Source: Gnetum montanum
Taxonomy: Eukaryota > Plantae > Gnetophyta
Assembly: GCA_015680685.1 (NCBI GenBank)
Contig: MNCI01002984.1
Coordinates: forward strand, 648,248 to 712,247
Direction of reading: 5' to 3'
DNA: 64,000 nt
This document shows positions 1-12,387 of this stretch, piece after piece. Made by a program: the position numbers and the translations under genes. A model generated the notes under the pieces. The model was not told where the DNA came from and did not search any database. It saw only the letters and a list, made by a program, of their open reading frames with translations. Position 1 is the stretch's first letter. Each line of letters starts with the position of its first letter.

Positions 1-21
1 ATTCCAAAAAATGCTAATTAC

Positions 22-3000
22 CGAGGAAGTGTGTTAATACGGGATTCTTTCAGATAGACTGCGCTTCTACCCAATGAAGGAGATACCTTTTCCAGTTCAG
101 ATCGCAAGCCCTACAAAACATAACAAAAAGTTACGAGTTTTAACTTACATGATTTCCTAAAACATTAAGCACCAATGCTAGAACCAGAGAATGACAAAAA
201 CTTGTCCATTTCTATTAGCAACAATGAAAATTTTCTAGCGTTGAACTAGAAAAAACTCACAATTCTAAAAATGATTGTTGTAATGACCAAAACGTGACAA
301 AGGATATTCTTGTATCTTAAAAAGTCATGTCTGACTGTATTAACCAGGTAACGAATATATATATTTTAAAGGACAAAATCATACAAAAACAAATATTTAG
401 TGTTGTTACAATATCTACTTCCTTGTTCCTGAGCTATAACTTTTTATGCTTGGCATTGGTAAGAAATTAATTCCACCAGTCAGAGAGCACAAAAAGTCTG
501 CCTATCAAAAATGATAGATAGCAAAACTGCTATAGAAACTAGATAATCCAAATGCCGGAGCACAACAGCATACTCATTACTTTAAAGTTCAGGACTAATT
601 TACAATACTTGATGACATCCAGGCAAAAGATCAGTTAATCCTTCTAAGAAATTAAATATTTAAATTAGTTGGGAGTTTATTAACGAGCTAAACCATTAAA
701 TTATTTGGGATTATTAGAATTTTATAGTTCTGTATTAAGATGTTCTTCAGTGCTTTCATATTTCAATTAATTTTAAAAATCAAACTGATTGTTAAGTCTT
801 TAGAAAATAAATAAACAAAACAAATATGTCGGTGATGCATTGCTCACTTGGTTAGAGCATGCAGTTTGTGGTTTACAAGTCACAGGCTCGATTCCAAGGG
901 GTATACTAAGACATATGCCACATAGGAGCATCGTAGAAATATACTGTTCAGGAACTTATGGTATCAGGCAGAAAGCCAGTCATAGTATGTCAGGAACTAT
1001 GGTATCAGGCAGAAAGCCAGTCATAGTATGTCAGGAACTATGGTATCAGGCAGAAAGCCAGTCATAGTATGTCATTGTCAAATCCTTTGCCTACCTCAGC
1101 CCATTATAGATGGGATAAAGACACCAAGATGATGATAAGATAACCAAAATAAATACATATAATAGACATTCATTTTTCTGGGTAAGAAAGATTACATGTT
1201 TAAGACCTTCATGCAAATGATTGACCTCCTGAGATATGTGACATTTCAATGAGTACACAGATTCTGTCTCTGAACTTTCCTCACCACTTTCAGAACATCG
1301 CATCCTGTATTTTAAAATGTCAAATATTATCAATTCTGAAGTCTGATTAATCAAAAACTTATAACTATAAATTATTTTAGGCAGCACCATAAAATATCAA
1401 ATATTATCAATTCTGAAGTCTGATTAATCAAAAACTTATAACTATAAATTATTTTAGGCAGCACCATATCCCTCTTTGTTGGTATTTATACTTTCATCAT
1501 CATGCAGTCTCAATTGAAGAATTCGTTGACTGTAAAATGAAAACAAATTTGGATTTGGAAACAGAATAAAAGAATTGACAATAAAAAAACAGTTTTTTAT
1601 GGTGCCGATGCGCTCATGTTTTCTTTTTATGGTTTCAAAACAAGAGAAAGAAATAGCCACTAGAAGAATTGGCAATCATGCATGAAGAAGAAGATGCTTT
1701 TAACTCCAACAGCCAAAACCTTGATTGATTTATGAATAAAAATAATTAATGATGTGTGCTATAATATTGATTATATATTAGAATTCAAAATACATAATTT
1801 AATGCATTCTTCAGCTCACAACGGAAAAGAGTCGTATAATCGGAACAATGGCTGAGTACAGAAATCAACACTGATTTTCAGACAGACAGAACAATCTTAA
1901 AAGAAATATTCATTCTACAAAAAGCAATAAAGCAAACAACCACCTATGAGCCAAATAAAAATTCAACAAATACTACAAGAGGAAAAAGAGCAAACAATTC
2001 ACTCATTTTGATATGATACAAGATATTAAACTTAAAGATAGAAATGTGGGAATTCCAAAAATAGATATAGGGAATAGAGTAAAACAATCAAGTACATATA
2101 AACGTTAACAGAAACACTAACTACCAACAATAAATACAAAAAAAAAAAAAAAAAATAGAACTCAGCATTATTATCCAAAAGAATTCACTTACGTGCTAGT
2201 AAGCTCGATCCCAAATAAAGATTTCACAGGTTCTTTGTTATTTCTGCACGAAAAACTTAACATATTATATATACCATAAATAACTATTGTATTGTCATCC
2301 ACAAGGACCATCACAAATTAATAAACAATAAGCAGCTTGAAATACTACAGATATGAGTTGAAGTGTCATTAATTTAATGCCATTGAAGCCATTATATCTA
2401 GGTTTGCACAAACCCTTCAAAGCACCCTAAGCTCTTTGGTAAGGAGCAAACATTGCACCCTCAAAATTTTGTTTCTCATATTCTACCAGACTTATCAAGT
2501 TTTGCTAATTTTTTTATTTATGTGGCTGTTTTTTTTTTCATACATGATCTTGCAGACTATATTCCTTAAAATGTCTGCATACTTCAGCAACCAGTAAAAA
2601 GTTGCATGTTGTTCACCTATGTGTTAAAATATACTTTTTTTAATCATGCAGCGTAGACTGTAATTTACAGTTATGTATTCAACGTTTAAAACATTCTCCA
2701 TCTCACAAACAGCCGAATGTTAATGAATTATGTGCCTATAAAACTTACATAGATTCTGAATTATGTAGTGACTGAGACAATGTATAAATAAGTTGGGTCC
2801 AACATTCTTCAGCATCCTGCACAAATTGCACAATGTTACTAAGAAATAGGCCAATATGCTCTAAGGACTTTGAAGGAATAAAAATGCATTTAAGTTAAAT
2901 GAAAATAAATCATACATTGGATAAGACATTTATAAGACAACAATATCATGCTGAAAATAACTCACTTGTTGCATAAAGAGTCCATTGCTCTGTTGCCCAA

Positions 3001-6000
3001 ATTGAGGATACTTCTTTCTCAATATCTGCAATGCAAAGAAATTTTCAAGGTAAAACAAGATCATGTAAGTTGTTTATATGAGTTTAAAACATGCTCATAA
3101 TGCTTTTTAAACAAAGGCAAATACATATAGTCGAGCCTGAACGAAAGCAGAGAACTCTGTAAAGTGTAAAATGTTTAGGAATAAGACTTTCTCCAAAAGA
3201 AATTTGGTAAGTAGGAAACTAACCATCCAAAATGTCATAGGAGCAACAGGCCGAACACTACGATCTAGCTCACCAAATAAGTCCTTTGTGGCTACAGTTA
3301 ACAGATGTGATGTGGGATCCAAATTATTGTTTCTCCCTGATAATGCATAACTAAGATACAAAAATAAAAACTGAATCAATACTGGTAAGTTTCCATTATT
3401 ATTATGTATCATGATTTGTTATCATTCCTTGACTCGTTAGCATGTAAACTTTAAATCAATGGAACAAAAGGTAGGTGTACCTCTGCAGTGCTGTTTTCAG
3501 TTCTGGAACAGAATGCAAGCATTGTATTGTTGAGTTCATATAGCAAGTATTCCCAAGGTTATATAAGCCTGCTGTATGTCCCTGAAGAACTAAATGAATT
3601 AAATAAGGAATCCTTGAGAGTAAAGGAAATATCAACATATTCTTTGACCTAATGTTCAACAAAATCATTGCTCTAAAATTTAAATCTGCATGTAATGCTT
3701 TAAAATTGGAATGCTAGCTGAAAGCTATCATGGTTGATTTGCATACAGTAATTTGGTCTATGGAATTAATTCTATCCTTCAATATTTAGCAGTAACAATG
3801 CTTTCAAAAATAGAGATACTATCTCAGAGCCGATTTTTTAAGAAACAATGCATTCTGTTTGTCCCGTTCATTTATATATGTGTGTCTGTGTATCAAGAAT
3901 AGACATGCAATGATCGATCAAGATAGCATTTTTTCAAGTTTTCAATATATTGGGAACACAACCTTCATATTGAGATTTTAGCTTGATAATATGGTCAGGA
4001 ATTTATTGCTGAACATTCACAGGTACTCACCATAGACTGGACCTGCTCTTCCTCTGGGAGATCCTCAACAAACACTGTGCTTTTCTCAGGAGCCTTGACA
4101 ATCTCATCTGCTGTACCCATCATCATCAATTTCTGGCCCTATTTTACAAAATTGGTGGCTGTCTCAAATTTATTCAACAGGCCAACAAAACATGAAGATG
4201 CCTCCATGAACGCTTAGATTAAATTATAAGCATACCTCTTTCAAACCTAAGGTACTCCAATCAGCATCATCCTACATTTAGTCAAACATGAATTATTCTA
4301 CAAAGTTAGAACATCCAAAAATGTGTAGAATGTGATATTGACAGGGGAAAATGAAAAGAAATAAATAAAATTGAAATAATAAGTAAAACAGCAAATATTC
4401 CAAGTTTACAATCTATTTTATTTTCATGTATAGTGTAAGACAATTCTTCGTAAATGCAGGAATAAACATCCATAAACATCTTAAAAATTAATCTGGAAAC
4501 ATTTAAGAAAAATGCATGTGTCATTTCTTCATACAATATAAAAGCAATGGGACAATGTAAATAAAATAAGCCTTCAGGCTTTTGCACCTTCAACAATCCT
4601 CCCTTCACCATTATCTTCTGCCTCTCAGGTGGAACCCCTGTTAGAGCATAGAGCTGACATTTGAAAACCAGAGGAGGCTGGTTTGTATCAATTTCAATAT
4701 CTGAAAAGACTTCCTTCTGCCATTTCACGCTCACTACAAGTTGACACAAAGTTAGGGAAGAAATTTCGCAAAAAATAATATATACTTTTAAAAACTTAAC
4801 AAACTGAAGCATATTCATTTAGTCAATATGTGCAAAATGGGCATCAGATTCAGCATGCGTTCTGTGAACAACTTAAATATCCAAAATAGTTTCAGTAAAT
4901 AATTTCTTAAAACTTTATTTCGGAAAAGATTGTTGAATTCATTATTAATTTTAATTCTATATTTTATAATATAAATTCACATAAAAACATTGAGAAATCA
5001 ATGTCATTTAACCATATTTATCCAACTCAAGCATCTTTCATTGAAAGCACTGATAAGGTTAAGTTTTTTATAAAAATAAAAAATTAAAAAAAAAACAGTG
5101 CACGTTGATGACAGATACACGTTGGCAAAACAAAGAGTGGACAAGACTATGCACAAAAAGGAACATAACTTTCTTGCAGAAAATATCATCCATTACAATT
5201 TTGTTACCACCTCAGAAATGGACAATGGCACCCAAAAGAAGCTGTAGCAACAATATTTTTCGATGAAGTAAAAAAGAAAATTTATTCAAAAAAATAGTAC
5301 TTGATGATCAATCAAGGTAGTCTTGGGATCTTAAAGATCATCCAAGGGACATAGTGACAATATTTGAAGCTCTTCGATCACAGCAGGCTATTCTTACATA
5401 TTAATAAAAATGGTATAAAGAACTGTCTAAAATTAAATTTTGTCCAATATCTCCCTAGGACATAATAAAATACGTCTGTTTATCTTAAGTAAGTTTTTAG
5501 TGCACTTTTGGTGCTCCGCCCGAAGCTCTGGACACACACAACAAAGCACATATCTTACCAAACAACAAAAATTATCATGACAGTTTAGCGAATTGGGTTG
5601 TCACAATTCCTGTCGTTTTGGTCCTAGAGAATTTAGCTTCTATGACCATAAAAAATGAGGATTAAGATTTAAGTTTCAAACAATCAGAAACTATACACTC
5701 TGACGTATACTATGGTATAATGGAATTACAACACCATTCAATTGCTGATTGTTCGGTGGATTTTTTTTGTAAGGAATGATGTAATCACAAGTCCAAAACA
5801 AAAACACCTAATAAATGAAGTGCTACTCATAAATTAATTTGGAGCATTGAGGAAGGAGATGAAGATAAAAATAAAAATAAAATTTTGAAAGAAGTACCAT
5901 TATGCTAGAATAAAGGCAGCCAGCTCCTGATAAATTCGTGGTTTACTCTAAGAATGATGCAGATTATAACACAAGGATTAAGATAAAGCAAACAAGATGC

Positions 6001-6133
6001 CCTGCTACTAGACGGATCATAAACGGCTTCTTTTACTGTTTCAATAACCCGACCGTTCAGATAAAATCTTTTCAACAAGTGATGGCATCGGAAGAAATTT
6101 TCGACAGTGCGAAGATTATGTACCTTTCAACAT
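22..6133 (-). CDS. UBP6: Ubiquitin carboxyl-terminal hydrolase 6/7 (USP14/Ubp6 orthologue; N-terminal UBL + USP domain), 5' part; gene continues off the left edge
   Basis: Minus-strand exons, all GT-AG and phase-compatible: 6124-6133 (MLK-V), 4588-4733 (SVKWQKE...TGVPPERQKIMVKGGLLK), 4236-4271 (DDADWSTLGLKE), 4031-4138 (GQKLMMMGTADEIVKAPEK), 3481-3581 (Cys box GLYNLGNTCYMNSTIQCL), 3224-3350, 2966-3025 (LRKKYPQFGQ..FMQQ), 2749-2816 (DAEECWTQL), 2193-2243, 1196-1304 (ESVYSLKCHISQEVNHLHEGLKH), 22-110 (GLRSELEK...LPR). UBP6 and its paralogue UBP7 cannot be distinguished here. Confidence 0.95.
831..906 (+). pseudogene. Degenerate tRNA-like sequence (tRNA pseudogene or tRNA-derived SINE head) in a UBP6 intron
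   Basis: A-box-like TTGCTCACTTGGTTAGAGC with an intact D-stem (GCTC/GAGC) and B-box-like GGCTCGATTCC at tRNA spacing; acceptor, anticodon and T stems pair poorly. Confidence 0.55.
948..1074. repeat. 41-bp tandem repeat, 3 near-identical copies
   Basis: Unit TCAGGAACTATGGTATCAGGCAGAAAGCCAGTCATAGTATG at ~948, 990 and 1031; the first copy has one extra T. Confidence 0.95.
1314..1467. repeat. 77-bp tandem duplication next to a UBP6 3' splice site
   Basis: 1314-1390 and 1391-1467 are identical except one base (AAAATGTC vs AAAATATC). Confidence 0.95.
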
Positions 6134-6979
6134 AGTGGAAACGAAGAAGCAAATCCAAATCCAATAGACAATAGAATAGGCGTTTGCTGCTGCCGCCTCC
6201 GCACCGATTTCCAATGAATAAGCCCTTGCCGTTCACCGACGACGCCTCTTCTGAAATGTGTTTGTCTTTCGAAGTTGGCACCCGTGGATTCTTCTTTTTT
6301 CTGATCTAGACTATCGAAAGCTGCGTGGGAAGACAAACCAGACCAACACCACCTGCAAACACACCTTGCTCGGTTTTGTTCTAGGCGGAATTTTTTTTAT
6401 CGTACGGGTTGTCCATTCTTTTTCATATTTTTAAATTAAATTTTGCTTCTTGTAGGAGTTTTGGCATAAAACCTACCTCACTCCTTGGATTTCGGTGGTA
6501 GAGTTTTCATAAGATTTTATAAAAGAAATTTTGAACTTTGGTTAGATAAGATCAATAAAGGAAATATCAATTTTAATTTTAAAAGATGTACTATGGTTAA
6601 GCTAGTTATTTTTCTCCCTAAAAGATAAGTATTTGATATTTGCATCCCCCTATGCTTATTTATGCTCATTTTGTACAAAACTGCACAAAGTGCTAACAAC
6701 CTCATGTACTAAGTTTCCTTATCTCAACAATTGGTTTTCTTTGTAAAAATAAAAGGTTTTGTTCTTATTTCAAAAACTTGGTTTTCTTTATGTTAAAAAA
6801 TAAAGTTGTCTTTTTCGAAGAAGATCTAATTTTTATCTCTTTGATGTTTCTTTAGTAAATTATATCTCTCTAGAATCCTTAGCAAATTAGATCTCATAGA
6901 ATTACCTCCAATGTCTTCAATTGATGTTAAAATTTTTACTTTTTCTATTGATGCAGGAATCCTGAGAATGTAGATTTAC

Positions 6980-7700
6980 AAGCTAGGGAACAAAAATTTA
7001 AAATGCCTTCTTCTACTAATGTTGATGCAAGTAAGACACCTAATTTTGTTCTCCGTAGTGATTTAGATGAGTCACTAGTAGCTAATCTTACATCACAATA
7101 TGTGTTTATTCAAATTTTGGGTTACCTTCCTCATAATTGAAGTTTCGCCTCATAGTTAACTAACTTGATGCAAAAACATGATATTCAAGTCATTTATGCC
7201 AAGTATTATTCCCATTTTTTTTCTTCTTATTGAGCTAGGCAATGCTTCAATGGTGTAGTGTACCCTAAATATAGGATCATTTATACATAAAATACACTAT
7301 TGATCATTCATAAGTAGACCCCAAATTTTAATGTCAAATCTAAAAAATATTCTAAAGTTTCATATTTTTTTAAGTTATTTTATCTTTAACTAATTTTTCA
7401 AAAAGCTAAGAAAGAGATTATTAGTATTCTTGGTCTCATTAAACACATGGAATCTATTTACATACCATTTGGTTCTTGTAGTTTTTTTTTTTTTTTTGAA
7501 AATTAATCTTCTTAACTATAAAAAGGAATTGGTATTGCAACCAAGCAACAAGACTTATATTCAACCAATCACATGCTATAGTTTTTCTTATTTTTGCAAC
7601 TTTTTTCATTGTGAAGGACATTTGTTTAATGCTTGTCCTTTTTTACTAAAGAAAAAAGATGTTTAGGAAAAAGAAAAGAGTGTTGATGTTAAGGAAAAGA
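6980..7700 (+). mobile_element. Degenerate LINE ORF1-like fragment
   Basis: Decayed zinc knuckle FCNFFHCEGHLFNACP (CX2CX4HX4C-like) at ~7590-7640, preceded by an HK*TPNF motif resembling plant L1 ORF1 (WxPxF); many stops. Confidence 0.5.
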
Positions 7701-8382
7701 AAAATTATGTTGAGGTTGAGGATAGTAAAAAACAATATCAAACTGAACATATAAAAATCAAGATAATGTCAATGATAAGAATGATTAAATAGCAATAAAG
7801 AAATTAGAGAAGACAAAATCTTATGTGAGTACTTTTACTATACAAAGTATTGATCAATCTAGATAGTTGGTATGTAAGATATGTAAGAAGACTATTCTCT
7901 ACCTAGGGATAACATCCTTTATTGACAAGTAGGGTTTAAAAGATTACAAAAGACTCAATGTAAGGTTAATCATGATGGACATTATGTGCTAGGATTTACT
8001 TTTGTATCTTCCTCTCCTACAAAAGATGGCATTTCATTAAAGCTTTCTACTACTACATCAAATTAGTTTGCTATTTTAAGTTCATGCAAAGACATTGAAA
8101 ATAATGTAAATATTGTTAGAATTGGAACCATCCTTCCTACTAACAGTTAATTTTCCTTTCTTATTTTTTTGAAGCATCTATTATAAGGGTGTTGGACCCC
8201 AAAAAATAAATATATTAAAAATAAAAATTCAAAGTACAAGAGCAAGGAAGAAAAGGAGAAACTCTATAACAACAAAAAGGAAAGGCCTAACAATTTTGAG
8301 GATACCTTTCTAGGCTTTCATCCTTACAACCAATCCTAAAAAACCTCCTCTTTAGGGTAGGAAAAGAATCAAACTTTGCCCT

Positions 8383-9313
8383 TGATGAGCTTTGAAGGTA
8401 CCCCTACTCTCAACCATATGAATCATGAAGCATTCACACACAATCCAATCAAATTCTGTGGACTTTATGTCTTCTGGTACACTAGTTGCCTAGGAAGTGA
8501 ACTATGCCCTAATGGTCATTTGTTGTCTTCCCAATTACACTTGTGATGTACAAAGCTATGGTTAAGTGTAATCAAGGCATATGAATTTTATTGTTTTATG
8601 TTTTATGTTCTTTGACACTTAAATAAAGAGATGAATTATTTTAATAACTAATTTAATTTAACTACTTTACTAGTATCTAACTACTCTTAACATAAGCATC
8701 CAGTCCCACTTTTCGTACATGTCCTGAACCCACGTATCCACTATTGGGTTACCAAGCACTACGCTACTAAGCACACCAAGCAATAACACTACTGGGATTA
8801 CCAAGCGAATATGTGTTTACACTCAAAGCGGTCATGCTTACGTGTTTAATCTATTTAGCTTAAATAATTAACTAATCGCTTAAAGTCTAATTTAGCTTAA
8901 TTAATTGCATATTTAATGAAAATAATGAATGCATAAATAAATCATTAATATATTATAAGTGCTACAAGGTTTGATCAAAAATCTCATCTTTATTGTTGTA
9001 TACACTGGTGTGGTTTAGGTACAATAGTGCTCGAATAAAGACCCGTACACTTTCTAACTCCTCCTACAGGCACTCAGAGAAATATTCTAACTTTCAAATG
9101 GAAACATTGCAAGAGCTCTGCTACTACTATGACTTCATCTACCATAAAAATAGTTGTGAGCACATATTTATGGTTTTTATTACAAAGCTATGTCGATGGG
9201 TCCTTATAGACATAGCAAATGCTATTTCAACGTGACCTCGTTGATGGGGCAACACCACATAAATAAAGCCTCATTGACAGGGGCTCATCGATGTAATACT
9301 TTGACACTCATCA
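8383..9313 (-). repeat. 3' LTR of element A
   Basis: Direct repeat of 29609-30517; terminal inverted TGATGAG/CTCATCA; minus-strand TATA-like (~9166-9172) and AATAAA (~8988-8993). Confidence 0.93.
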
Positions 9314-9539
9314 TACCCCCATGACTGAATGAAAACTCATCCTTGATTTTCTTTACAAAATTGGGAAGGTATGGGATTATTGACTAACTCTTGACACAAC
9401 AAAACTGAGTGCCTGAGTGTACAAATCAACACATTACAAAAGATTATGGTGTTCATGACATAAAATTGAACACCATGACATGACAACTCAAAATTGGACA
9501 ACACATCCTTTGATGGCATGAAGACAATGGAGAAGATTA

Positions 9540-12387
9540 GATAGTCCCAAGCAGTGGAGCCTCTTGAGGTTCTAAAGGACCTTCACTGGGTTCAGGCACA
9601 TGTAATGGTTGAAGTGGTTATGGTTGCCTTGCTACAGTTGCAACCTCTAGTGGAAGGCGAAAGACATCTAGTAATGCCTTCATCTTCTCCTCCTTACTTT
9701 GAGGATCATTCATAGTCCATGTGGTAACACTAATGTGGGCTGGAATAGGGATATCCCACAGACAGGGCATTATCAAGAACATCTCCCTTACATTGACATA
9801 CTATGCCATGAATTGTTTGCTTTGACATGGAATGCCTTGATTGCGTTTTATAGCTCTTGGTAGTCATTCATTCTTTTGGCCAAGTTCTCGACAGTAGATC
9901 TTTAATCAATGTATTTTCCATTAAGAACTTTGAGTTCAACATTTGCCACTACAAGATTTTGCTTGGTTTCTTTTGTGATCCTAAACTCGGCTTCGTACAA
10001 CAAGTATGAGCTGGCCACCTACTTTTTTAGTTCTGACCATAGTCATCTGGTAGTCAACATGGCTAGATTTGCATAGTGGAGATTAGCGAGCTCTTTGTAT
10101 TTCATCATCTTCTCAATCTATAACTCCTTCATGTGGATTTCTACCTTGTTGTAGGCATCTATCCTATCAACGATAGGCTGCCAAACTTCTCTTCCTTACT
10201 GGAGTTGCTACAAGGCTTCATTCACTTTTACCTTCACCAACTAGATGTGTTTTTCATTTACTTCTTTTTGTAGATTGACTTGCTCTCTGTAATGATCTTT
10301 GACTCTCTCAAATTTGAGAGCCTTCGATTTCTAGGTGGTTGCCTTGATCGTAATTTTCTGGAAAAGGGCACATACCTCTTCCATGGAGAGTTTCTATTTT
10401 CTATTGTCAATCTCCTCAATTCTATGTTTACTCTGGCCAGTTGCTCTTGTTTTTGATGGACGAAATCAGTCAATTGTTGTTTGTGCTCATCAACATTCCA
10501 TAGGTGATGGTTCTCTACAGTCAATTGTACGTTCTCCTGGCAAGTTTGATCCAAGGCCTTTTGAATTTTGTGTTGTGTGGCCTTTGCCAAGCATCAATAG
10601 AACACCATCTTCTCCATTGAACCCTCAGTCCCTTTCATTCTACTGTGAAGTTGTTCAATAGCTCCATCTCTTATCAATGTTAGGTTGAGAAATGTAGGGT
10701 CAACAATTTGGACTCTTAATTCTGCAACTTCAACAACCAAACATTCATTTAGCTTCTTAGTTGTTTCAAGTTGCCCCTCTAAGATGATGTTCTTGCCCCT
10801 TGTCTCTAGCAGCTTTGACTGGGCTGTAGTAAATATTGTCTAGAAGATTAAAGATATCTAGAAGCAGTTTCCCAGTTCTCACCAGTTAGTCTAGTAGTTC
10901 TTTATGTTGTGCTACATTTATTCTGCCACTTATGGTCCCTACAGACATTTGCACATCCTTGGGTGCAATGATGTCTAGTATAGATGTTGTAGGTGCATTA
11001 AGGATTTCAACTATTTTGTCAGCAACCACCTCTACTATAGTCTCCTATCCTTGGTGTTGCATCACCAATACTATTGCCCCCTCACCTTCCTCCAAGCACA
11101 CTAGGAAGGTCACGACATTCCTAGAGATTTCTAGAGTGATTGCTATTCTACAAGAGATATTGTGAGCTCTTTGGCACTAGGATTCAACCTTGCAAGCAGT
11201 TGTGTTCTTTGGGCTGAGATAGATCAACCTCCACCCATCAAGCTAATTGTTTGGGCCACCTCATTTAGGCGACTCATTGTTGGTCTATACACAGATAGGT
11301 CCTTGTCACTTGTGCCTACTTGTTCACTCAAGAGCCATTCTTAGTACTCATGCAACTGTTGGGCTATTGCAATGATGTCTAGCATAGTTGTTTGAGTAGC
11401 AGGTGTAGGTGGTGGTTATTACTTCTCTTCTTGAATGGTAGTTGCAGACATCTTGTCTTTCATCATTTTTGCCCAATTAGCAGTCAAGGCATGCCTAATA
11501 GCATCTTTCATATAACGAACTATTCCTCCCCTCTGACAGAGTTTTCTGATGAGGCATGGGAAGGGGAGTGCCTTCCTTTCACATTCATTTTCTTTAAACC
11601 ACTTCTCCATTTCTAGATAGATTGGCTATGGAAGGTTGATAGGGAATCTCCCACTCAAAGCAATGCATGCTTAGGTAGAAAAGTTAGTGATTTTGCTTGA
11701 CCTCATTGTGGGATTGAGGTGGAAGGTCACAATCTTGTAGTGGATCCTTTCTACTAGTGTGAGCATGCCAAACTCCTTACGGTCGACACCATAGCACCAT
11801 CACACCTATTCTTTCTTGATGCTGGGGTCTACCTGCATTGGAATCTCATCAAGACTTGTCCCTATTTTTGGCAACCCAAGCACTTCAGCAATGGCCTACA
11901 CTGAGTAGGACACTGAGATGTCCTTGATTTTTATCATGGATTCGGGTTCCCTATTGTTCCAAAATAAAAATGTCTCTCCCATGTACCACTCCCAAGTGGA
12001 AGTGATGATTGGCAACATGGGTGAGGTCTTTAGTTGGTCCTACACTTCTTTTGGTGCTTACTCTAGGAAAGAACCAAAGTTTGATTCTTGACGCATCATT
12101 TTTTGGATCTCCCTCGATCTGATTTGATTCAGGAAAGCTACTATCAGGGTCACCTTGAGATTTTTTTATTAAGCTACTACATCATTCCAGTGGGAGTGTT
12201 TTGTTGTTGCTGCTAGTTTTGGAATCTGTCGAATAGATTCCACCTTGGCCTCTTCCCTAAGAGGACTTGTGATGTGGGTTGTAAATAGTTCTTCTTGGGC
12301 CTATTCTTGGCCCCTTCTTATTCTAGATAGTTTCTTCCTTGGTTGAGATGGTCATACTTCCTGCATGTGATTTCCTTTGGGTGCCAT
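9540..12387 (-). pseudogene. Disrupted accessory ('env-like') ORF of element A
   Basis: Starts ATG GCA CCC AAA (MAPK); fragments include ALPFPCLIRKLCQ (11419-11610) and a coiled-coil-like stretch (10258-10590); lies between pol and the 3' LTR; homologous to 20330-23123. The 3' end is approximate. Confidence 0.75.

Noticed and set aside
840-1067. 75-aa ORF and CRISPR-like look of the 41-bp repeats
   Set aside because: The ORF is a by-product of the tRNA-like remnant plus tandem repeat; the repeats have no spacers and there are no cas genes in this eukaryotic intron.
5895-5910. Alternative UBP6 first exon ending ATAATG|GTAC
   Set aside because: The ATG is out of phase with exon 4733 and the required frame has a TAG; 6124-6133 fits the family N-terminus.
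5938-6336. Three short overlapping ORFs at the UBP6 5' end
   Set aside because: Non-ATG starts in GC-richer 5'UTR/intron sequence; no recognisable protein.
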